Origin: Pristiophorus japonicus
Taxonomy: Eukaryota
NCBI RefSeq assembly: GCF_044704955.1
Contig: NC_091994.1
Span: 93,000,001 to 93,064,000, forward strand
Reading direction: 5' to 3'
Length of the DNA stretch: 64,000 nt
This document shows, piece after piece, positions 50,401-62,400 of this stretch. The notes under the pieces were generated by a model. It made no database searches. It was not told the DNA's origin and saw only the letters and a program-made list of their open reading frames with translations. The position numbers and the translations under genes were made by a program. Within the stretch, counting starts at the first letter, position 1. Each line of letters opens with the position of its first letter.

Positions 50401-53400
50401 TTGTGGGATTGCTTAGCTCTGTCTATAGCACGCTGCCTCCGCTGTTTAGCATGTGTTGCAGCTTCCCCGGGTTGGCACCTCATTTTTAGATACGCCTGGT
50501 GCTGCTCCTGGAATGCTCTTCTGCGCTCCTCATTGAACCAGGATTGGTCCCCTGGCTTGATGGTTTCTGTCTGTCTCTGGCTCTCTCTCTGGCTCTCTCC
50601 CCCTCTCCCTCTATCTCTCTCTGCCTCTTNNNNNNNNNNNNNNNNNNNNNNNNNNNNNNNNNNNNNNNNNNNNNNNNNNNNNNNNNNNNNNNNNNNNNNN
50701 NNNNNNNNNNNNNNNNNNNNNNNNNNNNNNNNNNNNNNNNNNNNNNNNNNNNNNNNNNNNNTCCCTCCGTCTCTCCCTCCGTCTGCATAAAGCTACAGTA
50801 AATCAGACACCTTGGAAGCCCTCCTCACCGCTGCCTCCCCATGACCCCAGCATGGAGCAGGGACAGGTCACTGGGTGACACTAACTGTTAGGTAGATCCT
50901 GAAGAGGTCGTTGTCACGGAGATGGTTTCTCATGTACTCCATGCAGCCCTCCTCCTCCATGCAGTATTGGATGTACGGCTTAAAATGCACGCCAAACTGT
51001 GAAGAGGAAAGCATAAAGCAAGTAATTAATACAGAGACGGGACCAGTAATTGCCAAGAGTTTGAGAGGTAACAGACTGGGCAGCTTGTAACCGTACGAGG
51101 AGAGTCCTGTTAGGTTTGGGTAAGTGAGGACTGGTTTCCCACTCACTCCTGATGCCGTGGCTGGTCTCGGAGAATCTCAAGTCTGGAGCTGATTAAATTA
51201 CCCGTCTGTAAACCAGCGATGCACAGCCCCTTGGCTTTCACACATGGGAGAGGTCACGCTCGCTGCACGGTTGATGGGTCTTCACACTTCTTCAACTCCC
51301 ATCGTCCTCTCCCTCTAAGTTGGCCTCTAATTATTGACCCCCCCCCTCCCCCCCCACAACCCCGCATCATTTGCAGTGAGAGCTGGAGTACCGACCAGCG
51401 ATGCTGTCACACCGGCGGCTGCTGTATCGGGCAGCTCCGAGCAGAGGACAAGGCCGCATTTCATGCCGCTCTCACATGGCGCGGTGCAGAATGGCGGGCG
51501 CAATGGCAGCTTAGCAACGGTTTGCCCCATCGCTACCGAGTCAGTTCAAGAGGCACAGGGTAAAACCGCACCTTATCGTCCACCCGAGTCTAGCAGTCGT
51601 ACCATCGGCTCCCGACTGTTAATCATTCCAACTGACTGCACCCGCCTGTCAGCCCGTGCGCCTGTGACTTACCGTCTTGAAGCCCTTGTGGAAGTCGGTG
51701 GGGTTGAGGAGTGTTTTGCGCTGTCTGGCTGTTTGCAGCACGGGGGCCATCACATCTCGCCACAGCGTCTGGTGCAGTCGGATAATCTCCTGCACGTTAC
51801 AGAACAGCTTCTTTGGATCCACCTGCACCGCATCATGGGTAAAGTCAGTCCGCAGTATTTCACACACGTTAAACCACCAAATGCCCACTGGAACCTGTGC
51901 ACACATAACCACTGGGGCCCGAGTACATGCAACCACTGGGGCCAGTGTACACACAACCAACAGGGCCTGTGTACACACAACCAACAGGACCCGTGTACAC
52001 ACAACCAACAGGACCCGTGTACACACAACCAACAGGACCCATGTACACACAACCAACAGAACCCATGTACACACAACCAACAGGACCTGTGTACACACAA
52101 CCAACAGGACCCATGTACACACAACTAACAGGACCCGTGTACACGCAACCAACAGGGCCTGTGTACACGCAACCAACGGGGCCCGTGTACACGCAACCAA
52201 CGGGGCCTGTGTACACGCAACCAACGGGGCCTGTGTACACGCAACCAACGGGGCCTGTGTACACGCAACCACCGGGACCTATGCACATGCAACCAACAGG
52301 GCCTGTGTACACACAACCAACAGAGCCTGTGTACACACAACCACTAGGGCCTGTGTACACGCAACCACTGGGGCCTGTGTACACACAACCACCAGGGCCT
52401 GCATAGAGACCTTTGAAAAAACAGCTTTGAAAATGGATAAGTCCCCAGGCCTGGATGAAATGTATCCCCAGCTATTAAATGAAGCAAAAGAGGAAATAGC
52501 AGAGGCTCTGACCATCATTTTCCAGTCCTCTCTGGCTATAAGTGTGGTGTCAGAGAACTGGAGGACTGCTAATGTTGTACTTTTGTTTAAGAGGAAGAAA
52601 GGGATAGAACAAGTAATTACAGGCCAGTCAGCCTAACCTCCATAGTGGGAAAATTACTGAAAAAATCCTGAAGGACAGGATAAATCTTCATTTAGAAAGA
52701 TACGGATTAATCAAGGACAGTCAGCATGGATTTGTTAAGGGAAGGTCATGTCTGACTAACTTGATTGAATTTTTCGAGGAGGTAACCAGGAGGGTTGATG
52801 AGGGCAGTGCGTATGATGTAGTGTATATGGATTTTAGCAAAGCTTTTGATAAGGTCCCACATGGCAGACTGGTTACAAAAGTAAAAGCCCATGGGATCCA
52901 GGGCAAAGTGGCAAGTTGGATCCAAAATTGGCTCAGAGGCAGGAAGCAAAGGGTAATGGTTGATAGATGTTTTTGTGACTGGAAGGATGTTTCCAGTGGG
53001 ATTCTGCAAGGTTCAGTACTGGGTCCCTTGCTTTTTGTGGTATACATCAATGATCTAGACTTGAATATAGGGGGTATGATTAAGAAGTTTGCAATTGATA
53101 CTAAAATCGGCTGTGTGGTTGATAATGAAGAAGAAAGCTGCGGACTGCAGGAAGATATCAATCAACTGGTCAGGTGGGCAGAACAGTGGCAAATGGAATT
53201 CAATCAGAAGTGTGAGGTAATGCATTTGGAGAGGGCTAACAAGGAAAGGGAATACACATTAAATGGTAAGACACTGAGAAGTGTAGAGGAACAAAGGGAC
53301 CTTGAAGTGCGTATCCACAGATCTCTGAAGGTAGCAGGCCAGGTAAATAAGGTGGTTAAGAAGGCATAAGGAATGCTTGCCTTTATTAGCCGAGGCATAG

Positions 53401-56400
53401 AATAAAATAGCAGAGGGGTTATGTTTGAACTGTATAAAACACTGGTTGGGCCACAGCCTGAGTACTGCGTGCAGTTCTGGTCACCGCATTACAGGAAGGA
53501 CGTGATTGCACTGGAGAGGGTACAGAGGAAATTTACGAGAATGTTGCTGGGAGTGGAGAATCTTAGTTATGAGGACAGATTGGATAGGCTGGGATTGTTT
53601 TCCTTGGAACAGAGGAGGCTGAGGGGAGACCTCATTGAGGTGTATAAAATTATGAGGGGCCTTGATATAGTGAATAGAAAGAGCCTATTTCCCTTAGCAG
53701 AGGAGTCAACAACCAGGGGGCATAAATTTAAAGTATTTGGTAGAGGTTTAGAGGGGATTTGAGGGGCAATTTCTTCACGCAGAGGTCTGGAACTCACTGC
53801 CTGAAAGGGTGGTAGAAGCAGAAACCCTCACACCACATTTAAAAAGTACCTGGATGTGCACTTGAAGTGCTGTAACCTGCAGGGTTACGGACCTAGAGCT
53901 GGAAAGTGGGATTAGGCTGGATAGCTGCTTTTTGGCCGGCACGGACACGATGGGCCGAAATGGCCTCCTTCCGTGCTGTAAACTTCTATGATTCTATGTA
54001 CAGGCAACCACCAGGGCCAGTATACACACAACCACCAGGGCAGGGCCCATGTACACACACCAACAAGGCCTGTGTACACGCAACCAACAGGGCCCGTGTA
54101 CGCACAACCACCAGGGCACGTGTACGCACAACCACCAGGGCACGTGTACGCACAACCACCAGGGCACGTGTACGCACAACCACCAGGGCACGTGTACGCA
54201 CAACCCCCAGGGCCCGTGTACATGCAAGCACTAGGGTTGGCCCATATTCTCCCAGGAGGGGCTGGATCCCGGTTAAGCTTCCTTACTCCTCATACTCTGC
54301 TCAATTTACACCTTATTGATGAGGTTCTTGGTTATTTGTCTGGTGAACATTAAACGATCGGCCTCACCTCAACCAGCAGGCCCGATTCCTGCAGATTCAC
54401 CAGACAGCACAGGAAGAGCTGCAAGAAAAGAGAGACAAGGTAATGTACACTGGCTAAATATTGACCCACAGTCCAGGTCAGTACTGAGCTCACAGCAAAT
54501 CTCATGGAAGAATCATTCTTTATGGGTGGATTAGCAAGGGGAAGACAATGAACCCCAGTAAGAGTCAGCATCTTCAGGGGAGGAGGGGATCTGAACCCCA
54601 GTGAGAGTCAGCACCTTCAGGGGAGGAGGGGATCTGAACCCCAGTGAGAGTCAGCACCTTCAGGGGAGATGGGGACCCTGAACCCCAGTGAGAGTCAGCA
54701 CCTTCAGGGGAGGAGGGTCCTGACCCCCAGTGAGAGTCAGCACCTTCAGGGGAGGAGGGTCCTGAACCCCAGTGAGAGTCAGCACCTTCAGGGGAGGAGG
54801 GTCCTGAACCCCAGTGAGAGTCAGCACCTTCAGGGGAGGAGGGTCCTGACCCCTCTGCTGTCAGGTAGAGTTGAAGAAGGATGAGCTTTGGTAGCGGAGA
54901 GCGTGCTTCACCCACACTGACCCAGGACTGCACCCGTGAATAATTCAGGTTTTTTTGTGGTACGAGGTTCATCAATACATGACTGGTGAGGTAATCAGGA
55001 CAAGACCCTGAGTAACGGCAGAAGAGGGATTCCACGGGATCTGGCAGTTTCACATTACCCCTGACCCCTGGAGTACTCAGTACCCTACCCGGGTGGCAGT
55101 GTGTGACTATGGGCCGAGGGAGTGGGGGGGACAGAGACTCACGTCCGTGATAACACGCAGCTTCTTAATGTAGGCAGCCTCCGTGTTCAGCAGCTCCCAG
55201 AGGGCCTCCTGTTGATGGCACTGCTTCCGGGTCAGCTTCTGTTGGAGAGAGGGACACACAGCAAGGTAGTGAGATCACAGTACCTGAATACCCAAACTCC
55301 CCCCCCCCCACCATAAATCCTCCACACACCCAAACTCCCCCCCCCACCATAAATACCCCACACACCCAAACTCCCCTCCCACCATAAATACCCCACACAC
55401 CCAAAATCCCCCACCCCCAGAAATACACCACACCCGAACTCTCACACCACCATAAATACCCCACGTACCCAAACTCCCCCACCACCATAAATACCCCATG
55501 TACCCGAACTCCCCCCCACCATAAATATCCCATGTACCCGAACTCCTCCCCCACTATAAATACCCCACACACCCAAACTCCCCCCCACCATAAATACCCC
55601 ACACACCCAAACTCCCCCCCCACCATAAATACCCCACACACTCGAACGCCCCCCCACCATAAATACCCCACACACCCGAACTCCCCCCCCCACCATAAAT
55701 ACCCCACCCACCCGAACTCCCTCCCCACCATAAATACCCCACACACCCAAACTCCCCCCCTACCATAAATACCCCACACACCCAAACTCCCCCCCACCAC
55801 CATAAATACCCCACACACCCAAACTCCCCCCCACCATAAATACCCCACTGTACCCGGGCTCCCCCATAAATACCACATCCCCAGTGTTGCATATGCAATA
55901 ACTCAATAGGCTTAGTATCGTGAACTCAATCAGGTATGACCTGACTCTACTTTGTTAGCTCTCAAAGTGAGGATTAAACATGGAGGCTTTCTTTATATAT
56001 AAGGGCTGCACATGTGTGTCTGTGGCCCAATGACCTCCGACGATCGCTCCCCCTGGTGGCAGGTAAACCCAGGCATACATACATTACATCCAGGTTAACT
56101 GTTTCTCTCACCACAGATGCTGGCTGACCTACTGAGTGTTTCCAGCATTTTCTCTTCTTATTACTTGCATACCCTCTCTCCCCTCGCATAAATACTTTCA
56201 CAGTATCCGCATTCCTGATCTCCCCTTCTACGAATAAAACAAGCTAAGTGATGGTGGGGGAGGGGCAGTGGGGGCTCAGTACCTCTGAATTAGGGAGGCG
56301 AGCGAATCTTTCAGAGTTTGACCTGATAATTATCCAGTGACTCATGCTGGAAATTTGATATATGCACATTTGGGCAGCGGTGAGTACATCAGGCAGGGTT

Positions 56401-59400
56401 CTGAATTCTCACTGACTTACACAGTCCATGCTCACTCATGGAGAATGCCTGTGAGGCCCTTACCCCAAGGAGAGTCAGTGTCTGTGGGATCCATACCCCA
56501 GGGAGAGTCAGTGTCTGTGGGACCCGTACCCCAGGGAGAGTCAGTGTCTGTGGGACCCATACCCCAGGGAGAGTCAGTGTCTGTAGAATCCGTACCCCAG
56601 GGAGAGTCAGTGTCTGTGGGACCCATACCCCAGGGAGAGTCAGTGCCTGTGGAATCCGTACCCCAGGGAGAGTCAGTGTCTGTGGAACCCGTACCCCAGG
56701 GAGAGTCAGTGTCTGTGGGACCCATACCCCAGGGAGAGTCAGTGTCTGTGGAATCCGTACCCCAGGGAGAGTCAGTATCCATGAGACCCATACCCCAGGG
56801 AGAGTCAGTGTCTGTGGGACCCGTACCCCAGGGAGAGTCAGTGTCTGTGAAACACGTACACTAGGGAGAGTCAGTGCCTGTGGAACACGTACACTAGGGA
56901 GAGTCAGTATCCATGGGACCTGTACCCCAGGGAGAGTCAGTATCCGTGGGACCCATACCCCAGGGAGAGTCAGTGTCTGTGGGACCCAAGAGATTGATGT
57001 GCAAAGTTAGAGCACATGGGATTGGGGGTAGTGTACTGACATGGATTGAGAACTGGTTGTCAGACAGGAAGCAAAGAGTAGGAGTAAATGGGTACTTTTC
57101 AGAATGGCAGGCAGTGACTAGTGGGGTACCGCAAGGTTCTGTGCTGGGGCCCCAGCTGTTTACACTGTACATTAATGATTTAGATGAGGGGATTAAATGT
57201 AGTATCTCCAAATTTGCGGATGACACTAAGTTGGGTGGCAGTGTGAGCTGCGAGGAGGATGCTGTGAGGCTGCAGAGCGACTTGGATAGGTTAGGTGAGT
57301 GGGCAAATGCATGGCAGATGAAGTATAATGTGGATAAATGTGAGGTTATCCACTTTGGTGGTAAAAACAGAGAGACAGACTATTATCTGAATGGTGACAG
57401 ATTAGGAAAAGGGGAGGTGCAAAGAGACCTGGGTGTCATGGTACATCAGTCATTGAAGGTTGGCATGCAGGTGCAGCAGGCGGTTAAGAAAGCAAATGGC
57501 ATGTTGGCCTTCATAGCAAGGGGATTTGAGTACAGGGGCAGGGAGGTGTTGCTACAGTTGTACAGGGCATTGGTGAGGCCACACCTGGAGTACTGTGTAC
57601 AGTTTTGGTCTCCTAACCTGAGGAAGGACATTCTTGCTATTGAGGGAGTGCAGCGAAGGTTCACCAGACTGATTCCCGGGATGGCGGGACTGACCTATCA
57701 AGAAAGACTGGATCAACTGGGCTTGTATTCACTGGAGTTCAGAAGAATGAGAGGGGACCTCATAGAAACATTTAAAATTCTGACGGGGTTAGACAGGTTA
57801 GATGCAGGAAGAATGTTCCCAATGTTGGGGAAGTCCAGAACCAGAGGTCACAGTCTAAGGATAAGGGGTTAGCCATTTAGGACCGAGATGCGGAGGAACT
57901 TCTTCACCCAGAGAGTGGTGAACCTGTGGAATTCTCTACCACAGAAAGTTGTTGAGGCCAATTCACTAAATATATTCAAAAAGGAGTTAGATGAGGTCCT
58001 TACTACTAGGGGGATCAAGGGGTATGGCGAGAAAGCAGGAATGGGGTACTGAAGTTGAATGTTCAGCCATGAACTCATTGAATGGCGGTGCAGGCTAGAA
58101 GGGCCGAATGGCCTACTCCTGCATCTATTTTCTATGTTTCTATGTTTCTATACCCCAGGGAGAGTCAGTATCCGTGGGACCCATACCCCAGGGAGAGTCA
58201 GTGTCTGTGGGACCCATACCCCAGGGAGAGTCAGTGTCTGTGGGACCCATACCCCAGGGAGAGTCAGTATCCGTGGGACCCATACACCAGGGAGAGTCAG
58301 TGTCTGTGGGACCCATACCCCAGGGAGAGTCAGTATCCATGGGACCTGTACCCCAGGGAGAGTCAGTATCCGTGGGACCCATACCCCAGGGAGAGTCAGT
58401 GTCTGTGGGACCCATACCCCAGGGAGAGTCAGTGTCTGTGGGACCCGTACCCCAGGGAGAGTCAGTATCCATGGGACCCATACCCCAGGGAGAGTCAGTG
58501 TCTGTGGGACCCGTACCCCAGGGAGAGTCAGTATCCATGGGACCCATACCCCAGGGAGAGTCAGTATCCATGGGACCCATACCCCAGGGAAAGTCAGTAT
58601 CCATGGGACCCATACCCCAGGGAGAGTCAGTGCCCATGGGGTCTGTACCCCAGGGAGAGTCAGTATCCGTGGTGCGGTGCAGAGGGACCTGGGGGTCCTT
58701 GTGCATGAATCCCAAAAGTTAGTTTGCAGGTGCAGCAGGTAATCAGGAAGGCAAATGGAATGTTAGCCTTCATTGCGAGAGGGATGGAGTACAAAAGCAT
58801 GGAGGTCCTGCTGCAACTGTACAGGGCATTGGTGAGGCCACACCTGGAGTACTGCGTGCAGTTTTGGTCATCTTACTTAAGGAAGGATATACTGGCTTTG
58901 GAGGGGTTACAGAGATGATTCACTCGGCTGATTCCGGAGATGAGGGGGTTATCTTATGATGATAGATTGAGTAGACTGGGTCTTTACTCATTGGAGTTCA
59001 GAAGGATGAGGGGTGATCTTATAGAAACATTTAAAATAATGAAAGGGATAGACAAGATAGAGGCAGAGAGGTTGTTTCCACTGGTCGGGGAGACTAGAAC
59101 TAGGGGGCACAGCCTCAAAATACGGGGGAGCCAATTTAAAACCGAGTTGAGAAGGAATTTCTTCTCCCAGAGCGTTGTGAATCTGTGGAATTCTCTGCCC
59201 CAGGAAGCAGTTGAGGCTAGCTCATTGAATGTATTCAAGTCACAGATAGATAGATTTTTAACCAATAAGGGAATTAAGGGTTATGGGGAGCGGGCAGGTA
59301 AGTGGAGCTGAGTCCACGGCCAGATCAGCCATGATCTTGTTGAATGGCAGAGCAGGCTCGAGGGGCTAGATGGCCTACTCCTATTCCTAATTCTTATGTT

Positions 59401-62400
59401 CTTATGACCCGTACCCCAGGGAGAGTCAGTGCCGGTGGGATCTGTACCCCAGGGAGAGTCAGTGTCTGTGGAACACGTACACTAGGGAGAGTCAGTGTCT
59501 GTGGGACCTGTACCCCAGGGAGAGTCAGTGTCTGTGGGATCCATGCCCCTGTGGGGAGTTGGTGGGGGGAGGAGGTGGGGGGAGGGGTGTGGGTAGTTGG
59601 TGGGGGAGGAATTGGTGGGGGCAAGGGGGTGTTGGTTGGGGAGGTAGTCGGGGGGGGGGAGGGGAGGAGTCGCCGTGTTGGGGAGGGGGGGTTGGTGGGG
59701 TGGTGAGAGTCTGTGGGGGCCATACCCAGCTATGGCGGAGTTGGTGCAACCTGTACCAGGAGAAGAGGGTGTCGAAGCAAACAAGGGTAAAATGTGATGT
59801 GGGAGACTGGAGCTTTGTGCTTGGCCCATCCCCCGCCTGCACACAGTGGAAATGGAGGAGCTGGATTAACAGGGAGTTCAGTGAGCTGGGTAAGAGGTTC
59901 ACTATCACTGAGCTCAGCGCAGGGTTATCTGACTCACGTGTCATTCACCACATGACCCAGGGAAATGAGGAATTAGAAATGTGATGAAATTCAATGAGGA
60001 AGTGTCGTTAATCTGCAGATAGCTCAAATCTGACAGAGCTCTGCACAGACTTAAATCTGATAGTGCAAACTCAACAGGAAGTGGCATTTCTTAAAGGGGC
60101 AGGTCTGTCAGATATCCTTGTGCCAAACACGGAACAGCGGTACTAACACTGCAATGTCACGAGGGCTCTCCACAATAAACTTTCAATTCAAAGTCCAAAA
60201 TAAACTAATGAATACATTAAAAATTCACAGTGAGGCAAAACCATTCGAAAGCATAATTCTGTGAGTGAAATATTTAAATCACAGAAGACCAGCTGGATCA
60301 CTGTAATTACTGCATAAATTGCTAAATTCATGCTCAAAAATTATTTTTAAACTGCACACAATCATCACTTATCTTACCTTTAAAGATGATTAAATTGAGT
60401 GAACAGTGCAAGTGTAGCAGGGTTTACCCATGCAGTGCTGGTGTACTGTACAGACAGTGTTCGAAAGCTGGGATAGTGCAACTAGCCTCAATACCCATCT
60501 TAGTCAGGATTCCTGTTCCTGAACCCTTGCTGGAAAGTGCGTGTCCGCATATCGGGTGAGGTCAGAATCAGGCAGCGCTGTGATGCACTCCCAGTAGAAT
60601 ATCCTGCTGACACTCACTGGGCTCACACAGCAAGAATGGCCACTGGGAGGAGTTATCTGGCGTGCCTGTGGAGTGGGGGGGGTGGGGTGGGGGGAGCTGT
60701 TACTCCCAGTGTCGGGAGCTCTGTGTTTGATTTAATGTTCAGACTCCCAGCACCCCAGGGTGCCCAGCCACAGTCCTGGCTGATCCGGTTAGCAGGTTTA
60801 CCTCGGGAGCCTCGATGATCTCCTGCCATGACCCCTCGAGGTACAAGCTGGTCTCCTCCTCCTCCTCCTCCCAAGAGTCCTGGTCGAATCGCAGCTGCGC
60901 TGGCATCTTGGGCAGTCCAAACATGCTGTAGGTGTGAAGCTTGCTCTGCAACAGGTCCATTTTATCCATTTCCTGCAGAGAGACACAGACAGGATGAACA
61001 GTTGGTCAGGGCAGGGTGACACAGACAGCCTCCTCACCCCCTGCACTGAAAGCGCTGACTTGCGCTCAGATTTGGGTTCTGTGTGCACTGGCTGCCTTCC
61101 AATACCGCAGCTGAGCCCAGACAATGGGCTGTTTCACCATGGGGCATCACCACGGAGTTTGAATTTGTCCTGAATCAACAGCCACACACAGCACCCAGGG
61201 GTCACTGGGCAGTGATCAGGAGCAGGAGCCCTGGCTGATTTCCCCTCTTTAACCCAGGGGTCACTGGGCAGTGATCAGGAGCAGGAACACTGGCTGATTT
61301 CCCCTCTCTCTCTAACCCAGGGGTCACTGGGCAGTGATCAGGAGCAGGAACACTGGCTGATTTCCCCTCTCTCTCTAACCCAGGGTCACTAGGCAGTGAT
61401 CAGGAGCAGGAGCCCTGGCTGATTTCCCCTCTTTAACCCAGGGGTCACTGGGCAGTGATCAGGAGCAGGAGCCCTGGCTGATTTCCCCTCTTTAACCCAG
61501 GGGTCAGTGGGCAGTGCTGGGGGGCAGGAACGCCTGGCTGATTTCCCCTCTCTCTCTAACCCAGGGTCACTGGGCAGTGATCAGGAGCAGGAACACTGGC
61601 TGATTTCCCCTCTCTCTCTAACCCAGGGTCACTGGGCAGTGATGGGTGCAGGAACCTTGGCTGATTTCCCCTCTTTAACCCAGGGGTCAGTGGGCAGTGC
61701 TGGGGGGCAGGAACGCTGGCTGATTTCCCTCTCTCTCTAACCCAGGGGTCACTGGGGCAGTGATGGGTGCAGGAACCCTGGCTGATTTCCCCGCTCTAAC
61801 CCAGGGGTTAGTGGGCAGTGCTGGGGGGCAGGAACACTGGCGGATTTCCCCTCTCTAACCCAAGGGCACTGGGCTCAATTGACGCGATCAATGAACTGAG
61901 GAGGGAGCGGGGGCCGGGCCCTGGCGCCCTGCTGGTGGGCACGGCTCAGTCCTACGCTGGGCTGGGAATCTGGGGAGCAGCATGAGCTCTTAATGATGCT
62001 CCGAATTTGGGAGCTCCCAAGGCAACAAACAAAACCCACCCAAGATGTCCCCAGCGACACTGTAAATAGCAAGATTGCAGATGACTCCACGCTTACCCCA
62101 TGTGGGTGTTGCCCCCTCCATGGGCTGTGACTGGGTGGTCTCTCTCTCTCTCCTCTCACTGGGTGCATGGTGCAGTTCCCGGCCCCTGCACCCCCTGCAG
62201 TGAGGCTGCGTGCAGCTGTTTGCCACACGTGCCAGTGTATCGCAGGCTCACTGGGTTTCTCTCACTGCTCTGCTCCCCACCTGGCGCTGCACGAGCCACA
62301 GAAACTGCATAACAGAGAGTGGAATCCGCCCCCTCCCATCCCACCATCAATCACAGGGGCACCGAGCCAGACAGTGCAGCTCACTCACGGCCCCCAGCGC

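Larger units (their letters stand above)
56460..59545. repeat. 33-bp minisatellite (CCCCAGGGAGAGTCAGTGTCTGTGGGACCCATA) split by two CR1 insertions
   Basis: Units at 56460-56988, 58151-58672 and 59406-59545. Confidence 0.93.

Noticed and set aside
50630-50761. N block as a biological feature
   Set aside because: It is unknown or masked sequence within a (CT)n tract and cannot be interpreted.
56913-57872. 319-aa RT ORF fused to a repeat-encoded N-terminus as a domesticated gene or retron-like system
   Set aside because: It is a 5'-truncated CR1 in frame with the minisatellite by chance, lacks the RT N-terminus and endonuclease, and has a premature stop.
56460-59545. 33-bp repeats next to RT ORFs as a CRISPR- or DGR-like array
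   Set aside because: The units are head-to-tail with no unique spacers, there are no cas genes, and the context is a eukaryotic intron.
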